This document shows, one piece after another, positions 9,868-20,342 of a DNA stretch of 64,000 bases. The stretch's first letter is position 1. The number at the start of each line of letters is the position of its first letter. The notes under the pieces were generated by a model. It was not told the origin of the DNA. It was given only the letters and a program-made list of their open reading frames with translations, and did no database searches. A program made the translations under genes and the position numbers. The stretch is from the NCBI GenBank assembly GCA_965214705.1, contig OZ243972.1, positions 3,872,001 through 3,936,000 of the forward strand, given 5' to 3'. This stretch comes from Alphaproteobacteria bacterium. Its GTDB lineage: Bacteria > Pseudomonadota > Alphaproteobacteria > UBA828.

Positions 9868-10302
9868 ATGACGGGCGAAGACACTCACCTGGCGACATGC
9901 GGCTGCGGCGGGCTGCGGGTGACGACGGCTGGCGATCCGGACCTCGTCGTCGCCTGCAGCTGCTTCGCCTGCCAGCGCCGCACCGGCAGCCCCTTCGGCG
10001 TCGGCGCCTACTTCCGCAAGGAGGCGGTCTCGGCCGAGGGCGCGGCGGGGACCTACACGCGGGTGGCTGATTCGGGCCTGACGGTCTCGATCAACTTCTG
10101 CCCTGCGTGCGGCACCAGCGTCTACTGGTTCGCCGAGCTTCGCCCCGATCACTATGGCGTTGCGGTGGGCTGCTTCGGCGAGCCCGGCTTCGGCGAGCCC
10201 TCCCGCGTGGTCTGGAACGAGAGCCGGCACCCCTGGGTCAAGTTCCCCGAGGGCCTGCCCGAGTTCGACAAGGGCTCCCCGCCGCCGGCGCAAACGAACT
10301 AG
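9868..10302 (+). CDS. GFA family (CENP-V) Zn-binding protein
   Basis: CGCG, CSCFACQRRTG, FCPACGT. Confidence 0.92.
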   Translation: MTGEDTHLATCGCGGLRVTTAGDPDLVVACSCFACQRRTGSPFGVGAYFRKEAVSAEGAAGTYTRVADSGLTVSINFCPACGTSVYWFAELRPDHYGVAVGCFGEPGFGEPSRVVWNESRHPWVKFPEGLPEFDKGSPPPAQTN

Positions 10303-10332
10303 GACCGAGCCACCCCGCCAGAGCCCCGAGCC

Positions 10333-11322
10333 GTGACGGCGGCGACAATCAGCGTAGCCGAGAGCGCCCGCCTCGTCGGGCGGGAGCTGCTCGCCATCAG
10401 GCCCGGCGAGAACGTCGCGATCGTCGTCGACGATCACAGTGCGATGGAGATGGTCCGCGCGCTCGCCGATGTAGCCGCCGCCGCTGGTGCGGAGTGGGCC
10501 ATCCTCCATCAGCCCTCGCGCCCGCCGGAGCGAAAGAACGAGCTCAGCCCGATGGTCGAGGCGGCGTTCGAGAAGACCGACGTGCTGATCAGCCTGACCG
10601 GTTCCGGCGGAGCGCCGGCTTATGCCGCCCGCGTCAAGGAGCTGCTGACGGAGAAGCGCATTCGCACCATGTCCATGGTCATGCGCGAGCTCTCCAACTT
10701 CACCAGCGGCGGCGCGCTCGCCGATTACCGGGCGCTCCACGCCGAAGGCCAGGCGCTGGCGGCCATCTGGGCCGCCGGGCGCACCATGCGCATCACGACG
10801 GAAGCCGGCACCGATATCGCGGCGCCCATCGGCTCCGACACCGTGGTCGTGGAGTGCGGCTACGCGACCGAGCCGGGAAAGAACGCCGCCTTCTCCGATG
10901 GCGAGGTTTCCTCCCGCCCGCTGGAGGGCAAGGCCGAGGGCGTGATCGTGATTGACGGGCCAGGGACCGGCATCGCCCGGCCGGCGACCTCGATCTGGGT
11001 CGAGGTTCAGGCTGGCAGGGCCGTGAGCGTGAGCGGCGAGGGACCCGAGGCCGCGCATCTCCGCCATATCGTGGAGACCGTCCCCGATGCCGACAACGTC
11101 GCCGAGTTCGGCATCGGCCTCAACGGTGCGTGCCTCCGCAACGGTAGCTTCCAGGAGGAGAAGAAGGCGCGCGGCAACGTCCACATCGCGTTCGGCGACA
11201 ACATCTATTATGGCGGCACGGTGCGCTGCCCGGTGCACCTCGACATGGTCATCTACCGCCCCACCGTTCGTCTCGATAACCGCGTGCTGGTGGAGGATGG
11301 TGTCGTCCGCCTCGATCCCTGA
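10333..11322 (+). CDS. M29/leucyl aminopeptidase (aminopeptidase T)-like metallohydrolase
   Basis: DGEV, AEFGIGLN, EEKK..VHIAFG, HLD. Confidence 0.8.
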   Translation: MTAATISVAESARLVGRELLAIRPGENVAIVVDDHSAMEMVRALADVAAAAGAEWAILHQPSRPPERKNELSPMVEAAFEKTDVLISLTGSGGAPAYAARVKELLTEKRIRTMSMVMRELSNFTSGGALADYRALHAEGQALAAIWAAGRTMRITTEAGTDIAAPIGSDTVVVECGYATEPGKNAAFSDGEVSSRPLEGKAEGVIVIDGPGTGIARPATSIWVEVQAGRAVSVSGEGPEAAHLRHIVETVPDADNVAEFGIGLNGACLRNGSFQEEKKARGNVHIAFGDNIYYGGTVRCPVHLDMVIYRPTVRLDNRVLVEDGVVRLDP

Positions 11323-11336
11323 GCCAGGGCCCGAAA

Positions 11337-12023
11337 CTAGAACGGTACGCCGACCGCCTTGCACAGGAAGCTGGTGAATTCGCCGCCGGCGCGTGCTATT
11401 GCGGCGAAGCGGTCCAGGAAGTCGGACCGGACCGCCTCGCTCTCCTCGACATCGGCGATCACCACGAAGTCCTTGCGCTTGAGGTCCTCGATCAAGGGAT
11501 GCTCCGGGTCGTAGCCGCGCGGCGGGCGCTTGAGCGCCTCGCCCGCCAGCCGGAAGGTCCGGCAGAAGGCGCCGCCCGTGGTGATCCGCGTCCATTCCTC
11601 CGGCTTCTCGACGATGGCATCGCGAATCCGGCCGAGCGTGGGGCTGTCCGGGTGCCAGACGCCGCAGCCGGCGAAGCACATGCCGGGCTCCAGGTGCAGG
11701 TAGAAGCCCGGCGCGTGCGCGTCCTTGCCCGCTTCGTGGCGGAAGTGCGCGCCCACGTTCGTCTTGTAGGGCGTCTTGTCCTTCGAGAACCGCGTGTCCC
11801 GATAGATGCGGAAGAGCGAGCCGCCGTTGGCCCGGGGGTCGGCGCGAAAGTGCGGGCTGATCTCCGCCAGCGGTTCCGCGAAGGCCTGGATGAAGTCGAG
11901 CATGGGGTCACGCACCTCGGCGCGGTAGCGCGCCTTGTTCTCCTCGAACCACGGCCGCTCGTTGTTGGCCCCGAGCTCGCGCAGGAAGTCGAAGAGGGCG
12001 GGCGTGATCGGTTGCGCGGTCAT
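11337..12023 (-). CDS. DUF2461 (TIGR02453) family protein
   Basis: FLRELGANNERPWF, FRIYRDTRFSKDKTPYK. Confidence 0.93.
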   Translation of the reverse strand: MTAQPITPALFDFLRELGANNERPWFEENKARYRAEVRDPMLDFIQAFAEPLAEISPHFRADPRANGGSLFRIYRDTRFSKDKTPYKTNVGAHFRHEAGKDAHAPGFYLHLEPGMCFAGCGVWHPDSPTLGRIRDAIVEKPEEWTRITTGGAFCRTFRLAGEALKRPPRGYDPEHPLIEDLKRKDFVVIADVEESEAVRSDFLDRFAAIARAGGEFTSFLCKAVGVPF

Positions 12024-12148
12024 GGCGTCCTTTCCGGGCTGAAGCACAAGGTGCGCCCACCATGGCACAGCGGGCGCAGCGTCCAAAGTGACGGGCCGCC
12101 ATGCTAAAGTAGGCGTCAAGCGACCCCCCACAACGACAGAGACTTCCG

Positions 12149-13573
12149 ATGGCCCTCGCCGAAGCGACCGCCCCGCAGCCCGAACCCCCGCCGAGCGAGC
12201 CGATCGCGCGCACGCTCGCGCGCTTCGCCAGAGCGCTCACCCTGGAGGACGTGCCGGAGGCCGTGGTCGAGCGTGCCAAGCTGCACATCCTCGATGCGGT
12301 GGGCATCGGCCTCGCGGCCTCCCGCTACGACTTCAGCCACAAGACGTTAACCGCCATCCACGGCCTTGCCGGCGACGGGCCCTATCCGGTCATCGGGATG
12401 CCGGCGAGTCTGCCGCTGCGCGATGCCGCGCAGATGAACGGCTTCCTCATCCACGGCCTCGACTACGACGACACCCACGTCGGCGGCGTGATTCACGCCA
12501 CGACCAGCGCGGTGCCGACGGTGCTGGCCGCCGGCCAGAGGCACGGCGCCTCGGGGCGCGCGATGCTGGAGGCTTATCTCGTGGCCATCGAGGGCGCAGC
12601 TCGCATCGCCGCCGCCGCGCAGGGCGGCTTTCACCGCCTGGGATTCCATCCCACCGGCATGGTCGGCGTGTTCGGCGCGGCGCTCGCCGCCGGCCGGCTC
12701 GCGGGCATGACCGAGGCGCAGCTTGCCCACGCCCAGGGCATCGCGCTCAGCATGGCCGCCGGCAGCCTGCAGTTCCTGGACGACGGCGCCTGGACCAAGC
12801 GGATGCACCCCGGCTGGGCGGCCCTCGCCGGCATCAGCGCGGCAGCCCTCGCCCAGCAGGGTTTTCAGGGGCCGGCCGAGCCCTACGAAGGGCGCTTCGG
12901 CCTCTACGCGCTCTACGGCGCTCCCGACGCGGAGATCGACTGGGCGATGTGCACCGCCGGCCTCGGCGAGGACTGGGAGATGCTGCGCATCGGCATCAAG
13001 CCCTATCCAGCCTGCCACCTGGTGCATGCGCTGGGCGATGCGGCACAGGCGCTGCGCGACGAGCACGGGCTCACGCCCGCCGATGTCGAGAGCGTGGACG
13101 CGCTCATCGGCGAGGGCTGCGTCAGCGTCGTGTGCGAGCCGGAGGCCGCCAAGCGCCGCCCAGCAAGCGCCTACGAGGCTCAGTTCAGCGCCCACTACAT
13201 GATCGCGAGCATGCTCTCGCGCGGCCGCTTCACCCTCGCCGAGCTCGAGCCCGAGGCCTACACGGACCCGGCGGCGCTCGCGCTCTGCGACAGGATCGGC
13301 TATCGGGTCGATCCCGATTCCGCGTTCCCGACCTACTACTCGGGCGAGGTGGTGATTCGCACCACCGACGGCCGCACGCTACGACACCGCGAGCAGGTCA
13401 ACCGTGGCGCCGACACCCGTCCGCTCGGCGCGGACGAAATCGTCGCCAAGTTCCGAGACAACGCGGCGATGACGCTCGCAACCGACCGGGCGGAACGGGC
13501 GCTGGATGCGGTGATGGCGCTCGACGGCGACTCCTCGCCGGCGGAGGTTGCGGCGCTGCTCAGCCTCGCCTGA
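12149..13573 (+). CDS. MmgE/PrpD family protein
   Basis: HGLDYDDTH, GFHPTG, KPYPAC, AQFS. Confidence 0.93.
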   Translation: MALAEATAPQPEPPPSEPIARTLARFARALTLEDVPEAVVERAKLHILDAVGIGLAASRYDFSHKTLTAIHGLAGDGPYPVIGMPASLPLRDAAQMNGFLIHGLDYDDTHVGGVIHATTSAVPTVLAAGQRHGASGRAMLEAYLVAIEGAARIAAAAQGGFHRLGFHPTGMVGVFGAALAAGRLAGMTEAQLAHAQGIALSMAAGSLQFLDDGAWTKRMHPGWAALAGISAAALAQQGFQGPAEPYEGRFGLYALYGAPDAEIDWAMCTAGLGEDWEMLRIGIKPYPACHLVHALGDAAQALRDEHGLTPADVESVDALIGEGCVSVVCEPEAAKRRPASAYEAQFSAHYMIASMLSRGRFTLAELEPEAYTDPAALALCDRIGYRVDPDSAFPTYYSGEVVIRTTDGRTLRHREQVNRGADTRPLGADEIVAKFRDNAAMTLATDRAERALDAVMALDGDSSPAEVAALLSLA

Positions 13574-13599
13574 CCGGGAACCATTTCGGCCTTTCCGGC

Positions 13600-13911
13600 A
13601 TGACCGCGCGCATCGCCATCCCTGCCGACGGCATCGCCGCCTTCTGCGAGCGCTGGCAGGTCACGGAGCTCGCGCTCTTCGGCTCCGTGCTGCGCGACGA
13701 TTTCGGCCCGGACAGCGACATCGACGTGCTGGTCTCGTTCGACGACGCGGCCCGGCACACGCTCTTCGACATGGTCGATATGGAGGAGGAGCTCAAGGGG
13801 CTCTTCGGTCGCGACGTGGACCTCGTCAGCAGGCGGGGAATCGAGCGAAGCCGCAATCACTTGCGCCGAAAGGCCATCTTGGAGTCGGCTGAGACGATCC
13901 ATGGATCGTGA
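13600..13911 (+). CDS. Minimal nucleotidyltransferase antitoxin (MntA-like)
   Basis: FGSVLRDDFGPDSDIDV (GSx10DxD). Confidence 0.9.
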   Translation: MTARIAIPADGIAAFCERWQVTELALFGSVLRDDFGPDSDIDVLVSFDDAARHTLFDMVDMEEELKGLFGRDVDLVSRRGIERSRNHLRRKAILESAETIHGS

Positions 13912-14242
13912 CGCCATACACCTCGCCGATATGCTCTCGTCGGCGCGGATGATAACGATCTACATCGCGGACGCTTCACGCCAGGCGTTTCTGGAGAACA
14001 GCCAGCTTCAGGACTCCGTCATCCGCCGTCTCGAAATCATCGGCGAAGCGGCGGGACGAGTCTCACAGCGGTTTCGCGACGAAAACCCCGACGTCCCCTG
14101 GCCCAAGATGAGGGGAATGCGGAATTGGGTGATCCATCGCTACGACGACATCGACATGGAGGTCGTGTGGGAGACGGTGGAGCAGGATATTCCCCGCCTC
14201 ATCGCCCAGCTCGAAGGTCTGGTCTCGGAAGAGCCTTCGTAG
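13901..14242 (+). CDS. HEPN/DUF86 RNase toxin (HepT-like)
   Basis: LEIIGEAA and RNWVIHRY (Rx4HxY); overlaps the MNT gene. Confidence 0.9.
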   Translation: MDRDAIHLADMLSSARMITIYIADASRQAFLENSQLQDSVIRRLEIIGEAAGRVSQRFRDENPDVPWPKMRGMRNWVIHRYDDIDMEVVWETVEQDIPRLIAQLEGLVSEEPS

Positions 14243-14251
14243 CAGCCGGCG

Positions 14252-15493
14252 CTATGAGCCAGCGGCGCGGTGGATCGTGCCGTCGGCCTCGAGCGCCTCG
14301 ATCTCGTCGGGCGCGTAGCCCAGGTCGGCGAGGACGGCGGCGGTGTCCGCGCCGAGCGCGGGCGCCGCGCTGCGCGGCATGACCGCACCGTCCACGGTGA
14401 TGGGCTGGCGAACCATCCGCATGGTGCCGCGTTCGGGATGCGCCACCTCCTGCACCATGCGCCGGCGCTCGGCGAAGTCGCTTGCGAGCGCGTCGGCCAC
14501 GTCGTTGACCGGCGCGCAGGGGAGGACCCCGGCGAGACGCTCCAGCCACGCTTCCGTGGTGCGCGTCAGGAACACCGCCTCCAGCCGCCGCACCACCTCG
14601 TCCCGGTTCTCGTAGCGCGCTGCGAAGTCCCGCATCAGGGGATCGTCGATCCACTCCGGCCGCTCCATGGCCCGGCAGAGCGCGGGCCAGAAGTTCGCCT
14701 TGTTGGCCATCACGAAGATCCAGCCGTCGGCGGTGCGGTAGAGCTCGCTCGGCACCAGCGAGGGATGGCCCGAACGCGCCACGCGCTTGGGCTCGAAGCC
14801 TTCGTTGAGGTGCCAGGTCGCCGGATAGCTCAAGTTGTTCATCGCCACGTCGTAGAGCGGGGTGTCGATATCCATGCCCCGGCCCGTCGCGCGCGCCCGC
14901 ATGACGCCCGAGACCAGTGCGAGCGCCGCCGTCAGCCCGCCCATGAAATCGACCACCGAGAGCCCGAAGCGGGTCGGCACGCTGTCCGGCTCCCCGGTCA
15001 TGGAGAGGTAGCCGGCCTCCGCCTGCATCACGTAGTCAAGACCGGGCCAGGCGGCGCGCTCGTTGTCGCGGCCGTAGGCCGAGAGGTGCACGCAGACGAG
15101 GCGCGGGTTGACCGCCTTCAGGCTTGCGCGGTCGAGCCCGAGCGTGCCCGGCAGGTCGCCCCGCAGGTTGTTGATCAGGGCGTCGGCGCGCCTCGCCAGC
15201 CGCTCAAGAATCTCCCGGCCGCGCGGCTTCTTCAGGTCCAGCGCAATGCAGCGCTTGTTGCAGCTGAAGGTCTGGAAGAAGAGGCTGTCGCCGTCCTCGG
15301 CGTAGGGCAGGACATGGCGGCCCATCTCGCCGCCGGCCTTGTGGTTCTCGATCTTGATGACGTCCGCGCCGAGGTCGGCGAGGTACATGGTGCCGAAGGG
15401 TGCCGCGCCGTATTGCTCGATGGAGACGACGGTGAGCCCTTCGAGCGGCCGGATCGGGGCCGCCGGCAGTCCCGCAGAAGCGTCGTCGCTCAC
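14252..15493 (-). CDS. CoA transferase, CaiB/BaiF family III
   Basis: LADLGADVIKIE, NKRCIALDLK, APALGADT. Confidence 0.95.
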   Translation of the reverse strand: MSDDASAGLPAAPIRPLEGLTVVSIEQYGAAPFGTMYLADLGADVIKIENHKAGGEMGRHVLPYAEDGDSLFFQTFSCNKRCIALDLKKPRGREILERLARRADALINNLRGDLPGTLGLDRASLKAVNPRLVCVHLSAYGRDNERAAWPGLDYVMQAEAGYLSMTGEPDSVPTRFGLSVVDFMGGLTAALALVSGVMRARATGRGMDIDTPLYDVAMNNLSYPATWHLNEGFEPKRVARSGHPSLVPSELYRTADGWIFVMANKANFWPALCRAMERPEWIDDPLMRDFAARYENRDEVVRRLEAVFLTRTTEAWLERLAGVLPCAPVNDVADALASDFAERRRMVQEVAHPERGTMRMVRQPITVDGAVMPRSAAPALGADTAAVLADLGYAPDEIEALEADGTIHRAAGS

Positions 15494-16659
15494 GCCGGAT
15501 TTCGCTCGATCAGCTGACGCGCGATGATCAGCCGCTGGATCTCGTTGGTGCCCTCGCCGATGCAGAGCAGCGGCGCATCGCGGTACATCCGCTCGATGGG
15601 GAACTCCTTGGAGTAGCCGTAGCCGCCGTGGATGCGCATGGCTTCGATGCTGTTCTCCAGCGCGGCCTCGGTGGCGAAGAGCTTGGCGATGCCGGCCTCC
15701 ATGTCGCAGCGCTGGCCGGTCTCGTAGGCGAGCGCCGCGCGTTCGGTGAGCAGCCGCGCGGCCTCCGTGCGGGTGACCATGTCGGCGAGCTTGATCTGGA
15801 TCGCCTGGTGCTGGGCGATCGGCTTGCCGAAGGTCTTGCGCTCTTGGCTGTAGCGCACCGCCTCGTCGAGGCAGGACTGGGCGACGCCCACGCCGCGCGC
15901 GGCCACGTTGATGCGGCCCAGCTCCAGGCCGCTCAGCGCATGCTGCAGGCCCTTGCCCTCGACCCCGCCGATGAGCTTGTCGGCATCGACTCGGTAGTCT
16001 TCGAAGGCGAGCTCCGCGGTGTCGATCCCGCGATATCCCAGCTTCTGAAGCTTGCGGCTGACCCGGAAGCCCTCGCCCTTCTCGGCGAGAAACAGGCTCA
16101 TGCCCTTGTGCCGGGGCTCGGCGCCCGGGTCGGTCTTGACCAGCAGCGCGAGGCAGGAGCCGTGGATGCTGTTGGTGATCCAGGTCTTGGCGCCGTTGAT
16201 CACGTAGGCGTTGTTGCCCTCGCGCTTGGCCGTGGTACGGATCGCCTGCAGGTCCGTGCCGCAGTCCGGTTCTGTGAGCGCGAGCCCGCCGCGCAGCTCG
16301 CCGCTGGCGAAGCGGGGCAGGTAGGAGTCTCGCTGCTCGTCGGTCCCGAAGCGCTCGACCGCCGCGGCCATGATGAGGTGGGAGTTGATCAGGCCGCTCA
16401 CCGACATCCAGGCGTGGGAGAGCCGCTCGATGATTTTGGCGTAAGTCGTGATCGGCAGGCCCAGCCCGCCAAATTCTTCGGAGATGGTGGCGCCGAAGAG
16501 CCCCATCTCCTTCATCTTCTCGACGATGTCTTCCGGGTAAATGTCGTCATGCTCGAGCGCGGCGACGTGGGGGCGGACGTCGCGGTCCAGGAAGCGCTCG
16601 ATTCCGTCGAGAATCAGCGCTTCCTGTTCCGTGTCCACGGTCTCGGCATGGTTCGCCAT
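15490..16659 (-). CDS. Acyl-CoA dehydrogenase
   Basis: ALTEPDCGTD, INGAKTWITN, HGGYGY, IGEGTNEIQR. Confidence 0.95.
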   Translation of the reverse strand: MANHAETVDTEQEALILDGIERFLDRDVRPHVAALEHDDIYPEDIVEKMKEMGLFGATISEEFGGLGLPITTYAKIIERLSHAWMSVSGLINSHLIMAAAVERFGTDEQRDSYLPRFASGELRGGLALTEPDCGTDLQAIRTTAKREGNNAYVINGAKTWITNSIHGSCLALLVKTDPGAEPRHKGMSLFLAEKGEGFRVSRKLQKLGYRGIDTAELAFEDYRVDADKLIGGVEGKGLQHALSGLELGRINVAARGVGVAQSCLDEAVRYSQERKTFGKPIAQHQAIQIKLADMVTRTEAARLLTERAALAYETGQRCDMEAGIAKLFATEAALENSIEAMRIHGGYGYSKEFPIERMYRDAPLLCIGEGTNEIQRLIIARQLIERNPA

Positions 16660-16834
16660 CGCGACTAACTCCCGTCTTTCGGTGCGCGCGCGGCGAGCAT
16701 ATCCCGCCGGCCTGATCGAGAAAATACTTGAGGCCGCGTCGCGTGAGCGGTATGTCAATCTGTCTTGGTAGGGAAGACGTGCGCCCACAGGGAGCGGCGA
16801 GACTCCCGCACGGGCCGAAGGGACGCGAGGAGCC

Positions 16835-17962
16835 ATGGCGGAACGTGGCGATGTAGAAATCAGGGGCGTGACCAAACGGTTCGGCCCGACGATGGCCGTC
16901 GAGGATATCGACATCACGATCCCCGACGGTTCCTACTGCTGCCTGCTCGGGCCGAGCGGCTGCGGCAAGACGACTCTGCTCCGCATCATCGCGGGCCATG
17001 AAGTGCCGACCGAGGGTGATGTGCTGATCGGCGGGGAGTCGGTAATCGGCAAGCCCACCGGCCAGCGCGGCACGTCGATGATGTTCCAGAGCTACGCGCT
17101 CTTCCCGCACCTGACCGTGCTGGACAATGTCGCCTTCAGCCTGAAGATGAAGAGAGTCGCCAAGGGCGAGCGCCGCGAGCGCGCCTACGAGGTGCTGAAG
17201 CGCGTGCAGCTCGACCCGCTGGCCGACCGCATGCCGGCGCAGCTCTCGGGTGGGCAGCAGCAGCGTGTCGCGCTCGCCCGTTCGCTGATCACCAACCCCA
17301 AAGTGTTGCTGCTCGACGAGCCGCTGTCTGCGCTGGACGAGTTCCTGCGCCTGCAGATGCGCGCCGAGCTGAAGTTCATCCAGATCGATCTCGGCATCAC
17401 CTTCATCCACGTCACCCACACCCAGCCGGAGGCGCTGGCGATTGCCGACATGGTCGTGGTGATGGACACCGGACATATCGAGCAGGCGGCGACCGGGCCG
17501 GAGATCTACGATCAGCCCCGCACCACCTATGTTGCGGAGTTCATGGGCGGTTGGAACGTGTTTTCCGGCAAGGTGGCGGGAGTAGAGAACAACGTGGTGA
17601 CGGTCGCGGGCACCGAAGGCGACAATTTCCACTTGCCAAGCAACGGCCATCAGATCGGCGAGGAAGTGAATTTCGGCGTCCGCCGCGACAAGGTGCATCT
17701 GGCGGGCGGGAGCATTGATCTGGACCGTGGTAACGCGTTGGGCGGCACGGTCCACGCGATCGAATACCAGGGCAACTGGGTCAAGCTCACCATGACCCGG
17801 GAGCAGAAGCGGGATCTCGTGGCGGTGATCGAGGACCGTGAGTATTTCGCCAACCCGACCAAGGTGGGCGACCAGGTCACGGTCACATGGGCCAGCAAGG
17901 ACGTGCGCGTGATGGAGCGCGCAACCGGCGCCCAGAACCTGATTGGAGAGAGTTTCGACTAG
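16835..17962 (+). CDS. ABC ATP-binding protein, PotA-like
   Basis: GPSGCGKT, LSGGQQQR, LLDEP, TOBE-like C-terminus. Confidence 0.93.
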   Translation: MAERGDVEIRGVTKRFGPTMAVEDIDITIPDGSYCCLLGPSGCGKTTLLRIIAGHEVPTEGDVLIGGESVIGKPTGQRGTSMMFQSYALFPHLTVLDNVAFSLKMKRVAKGERRERAYEVLKRVQLDPLADRMPAQLSGGQQQRVALARSLITNPKVLLLDEPLSALDEFLRLQMRAELKFIQIDLGITFIHVTHTQPEALAIADMVVVMDTGHIEQAATGPEIYDQPRTTYVAEFMGGWNVFSGKVAGVENNVVTVAGTEGDNFHLPSNGHQIGEEVNFGVRRDKVHLAGGSIDLDRGNALGGTVHAIEYQGNWVKLTMTREQKRDLVAVIEDREYFANPTKVGDQVTVTWASKDVRVMERATGAQNLIGESFD

Positions 17963-18072
17963 CGTTTGTTCACTGGCGGCCGCCGGCAGCCGTCGCACTG
18001 CATCGACCGAGGAACATCGCCCAGGCCGGCGAGAGGGCGAGTATTCGAGGAACGCAGGCGAGGGAGGAAAGC

Positions 18073-19380
18073 ATGCGCAAGACCAGTAGCGACACGAGCA
18101 AGACGGGCGTGAGCCGCCGTTCGCTCCTCAAGGGGACGGCGGCCGTGGCCGGTGTTGCTGCTGCGACCCAGCTTACGGGCGGTTTCCCGACCGTATGGTC
18201 GCAGGACATCAAGGACCTGACCCTCCGGTCGACCGGCGGGCCGTGGTCGCATTTCCAGCTTCTGGAGAACATGGCCAACGAGGACCTGGACTTCACGGTC
18301 CAGCTCACTCCCGTCGGCCTCGACGAGATTCAGAAGCGGGGTCTGACTCAGACCGGGTCGTCCGACCTGTTTGAGCCGGCCTATCTGCAGATGAAGTTCT
18401 TCTGGCCCACCGGCAAGTTCATGCCTTGGGACACCACCAAGCTGCCCGAGTGGGACAAGGTGGTCGACCTCTACAAGGCGCCGGGCAAGATCTGGCCCGA
18501 TGCGTGGTTCGGCCAGGGGCAGAACCCGAGCACCGTGTCGTACACGTCGGGACCCGACACCAATGATTTCGTGGAGGCGGGCTCGACGCAGTGGCTGACG
18601 GCCCATCCGGTGCTGCACAACGCCGATACGCTCGGCATCCGGCCCGACCTGATTGGCCGGCCCATCGATTCCTGGGCCGAGCTGATCAATCCGGAATTCG
18701 CCGGCAAGGCAGCGCTGGTGAGCTTCCCGACCATCGGCCTGATGGACGCGGCGACAGCCTTCGAGGCGGCCGGTGAAATCACCTATGGTGACAAGGGCAA
18801 CATGACCCAGGACGAAATCGACTACAGCGTCGAGCGTCTGATCCAGCTCAAGAACGACGGCCACTGGCGTGCGCTTTGGTCGGCGTTCAACGAGTCGGTC
18901 CAGCTCATGGTCAACGGCGAGGTGGTGATCCAGTCCATGTGGTCGCCGGCGGTCACGGCCGTGCGGGCCCAGGGCGTGCCCTGCATCTATCAGGACCTGA
19001 AGGAGGGATATCGCTCCTGGACCACGGGCCACGTCCTGCCCAACCATCTCGAGGGCAAGATGATCGGCGCGGCTTACGACTACGTGACCTGGTATCACAC
19101 GGGTCGTGTCGGCGCCATGTTCGCCAGGCAGGGCTACTACGTAGTCACGCCCGACAACACAAGGAAGGTGCTGCCCGAGGCCGAATGGGACTTCTGGTAC
19201 GAGGGCAAGCCGGCGACGGTCGAAATCTACGACCCGTTTGGCAACCTGATGGAGAAGCCCGGCACGATCCGCGACGGCGGCTCGTACAAGAACCGCATGG
19301 GCCGTGTCGCCATCTGGAACTCCACCATGGACGAGAACAAGTACCTGACCAGGCGGTGGGCCGAATTCATCGCCGCGTAG
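18073..19380 (+). CDS. Tat-exported ABC substrate-binding protein (PotD/PotF-like)
   Basis: SRRSLLK twin-arginine signal; GGAGG RBS; GEVVIQSMWSP. Confidence 0.88.
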   Translation: MRKTSSDTSKTGVSRRSLLKGTAAVAGVAAATQLTGGFPTVWSQDIKDLTLRSTGGPWSHFQLLENMANEDLDFTVQLTPVGLDEIQKRGLTQTGSSDLFEPAYLQMKFFWPTGKFMPWDTTKLPEWDKVVDLYKAPGKIWPDAWFGQGQNPSTVSYTSGPDTNDFVEAGSTQWLTAHPVLHNADTLGIRPDLIGRPIDSWAELINPEFAGKAALVSFPTIGLMDAATAFEAAGEITYGDKGNMTQDEIDYSVERLIQLKNDGHWRALWSAFNESVQLMVNGEVVIQSMWSPAVTAVRAQGVPCIYQDLKEGYRSWTTGHVLPNHLEGKMIGAAYDYVTWYHTGRVGAMFARQGYYVVTPDNTRKVLPEAEWDFWYEGKPATVEIYDPFGNLMEKPGTIRDGGSYKNRMGRVAIWNSTMDENKYLTRRWAEFIAA

Positions 19381-19394
19381 ATTACGAAACCGGA

Positions 19395-19429
19395 TGTGGG
19401 GCGTCTCCGGGCGCCCCACACTCTTTTTT
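19395..19429 (+). terminator. Intra-operon hairpin with U-tract
   Basis: TGTGGGGCG..CGCCCCACA followed by CTCTTTTTT. Confidence 0.75.
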
Positions 19430-19475
19430 CTGCATTGCCCCCTGACAGGCCTTCAATGCCGATGAGAGCTGAACT

Positions 19476-20342
19476 ATGGTGCGCGTGATCACTTCAGCGT
19501 TGCGATATCGCGCCGCGCTGCAGATCTCGCCGCTCAGCCTGGCGCTGCTGTTCTTCCTCGTAGGGCCCGTGATCATGATCATGATCATGAGCTTCTACGA
19601 ATTCACCGGGTTCATGACCGTCCCGGATGCCACGCTCGAGAATTACATCGAGCTGTTCACCTCAAGCCTGACGGGCGTCAATTACCTGCAGACCCTGAAG
19701 ATGGTCGGGATCACCTGGGTGGTGACCCTGGTCCTCGGTTTCACCTTGGCCTATTTCCTGGTTTTCGATCTTGTCGAGTTGCGAACGAAGTTGCTGCTGT
19801 TCCTGCTGTGCGTGGTGCCGTTCTGGACCTCCAGCGTCATTCGGATGGTGGCGTGGGTGCCTTTCCTCGGCAAGGAAGGCATCATCAATAAGTTCGTGAT
19901 CTGGACCGGCATTTCCTCCGAGCCGCTCCAGTTCCTCCTGTTTTCCGAATTCGCCGTGTTCCTCTCCTACATTCAAATCTTCACGCTGTTCATGATGGCG
20001 CCGCTCTTCAACGTCATGGCCCGAATCAACCGCGACCTGATCGAGGCGGCGCGGGACAACGGCGCGTCCGGGATTCAAATCCTGTGGCACGTGATTATCC
20101 CGCTCTGCAAGCCCGGCATCGCCATCGGGACGATCTTCGTCGTCAGCCTGGTGGCCAGCGATTTCGCGGCGGTCAGCCTTCTCGGCGGCCAGCGCGTCGG
20201 CACCGTTTCGATCTCCATGATCATTCAGATGAACATGGCGCAATATCCCCCCAGCAGCGCGACGGGAGTGATCCTGCTGGTTGTGGTTCTCCTGATCGTG
20301 GGCGGCATCATGCGCATGGTGGACGTGAGGAAACAGCTGTGA
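19476..20342 (+). CDS. ABC permease PotB-like
   Basis: PFWTS, LIEAARDNGA (EAA loop). Confidence 0.92.
   Translation: MVRVITSALRYRAALQISPLSLALLFFLVGPVIMIMIMSFYEFTGFMTVPDATLENYIELFTSSLTGVNYLQTLKMVGITWVVTLVLGFTLAYFLVFDLVELRTKLLLFLLCVVPFWTSSVIRMVAWVPFLGKEGIINKFVIWTGISSEPLQFLLFSEFAVFLSYIQIFTLFMMAPLFNVMARINRDLIEAARDNGASGIQILWHVIIPLCKPGIAIGTIFVVSLVASDFAAVSLLGGQRVGTVSISMIIQMNMAQYPPSSATGVILLVVVLLIVGGIMRMVDVRKQL

Noticed and set aside
12088-13911. 607-aa ORF ending in the MNT domain
   Set aside because: Upstream part overlaps the MmgE/PrpD gene out of frame; the real MNT starts at 13600.
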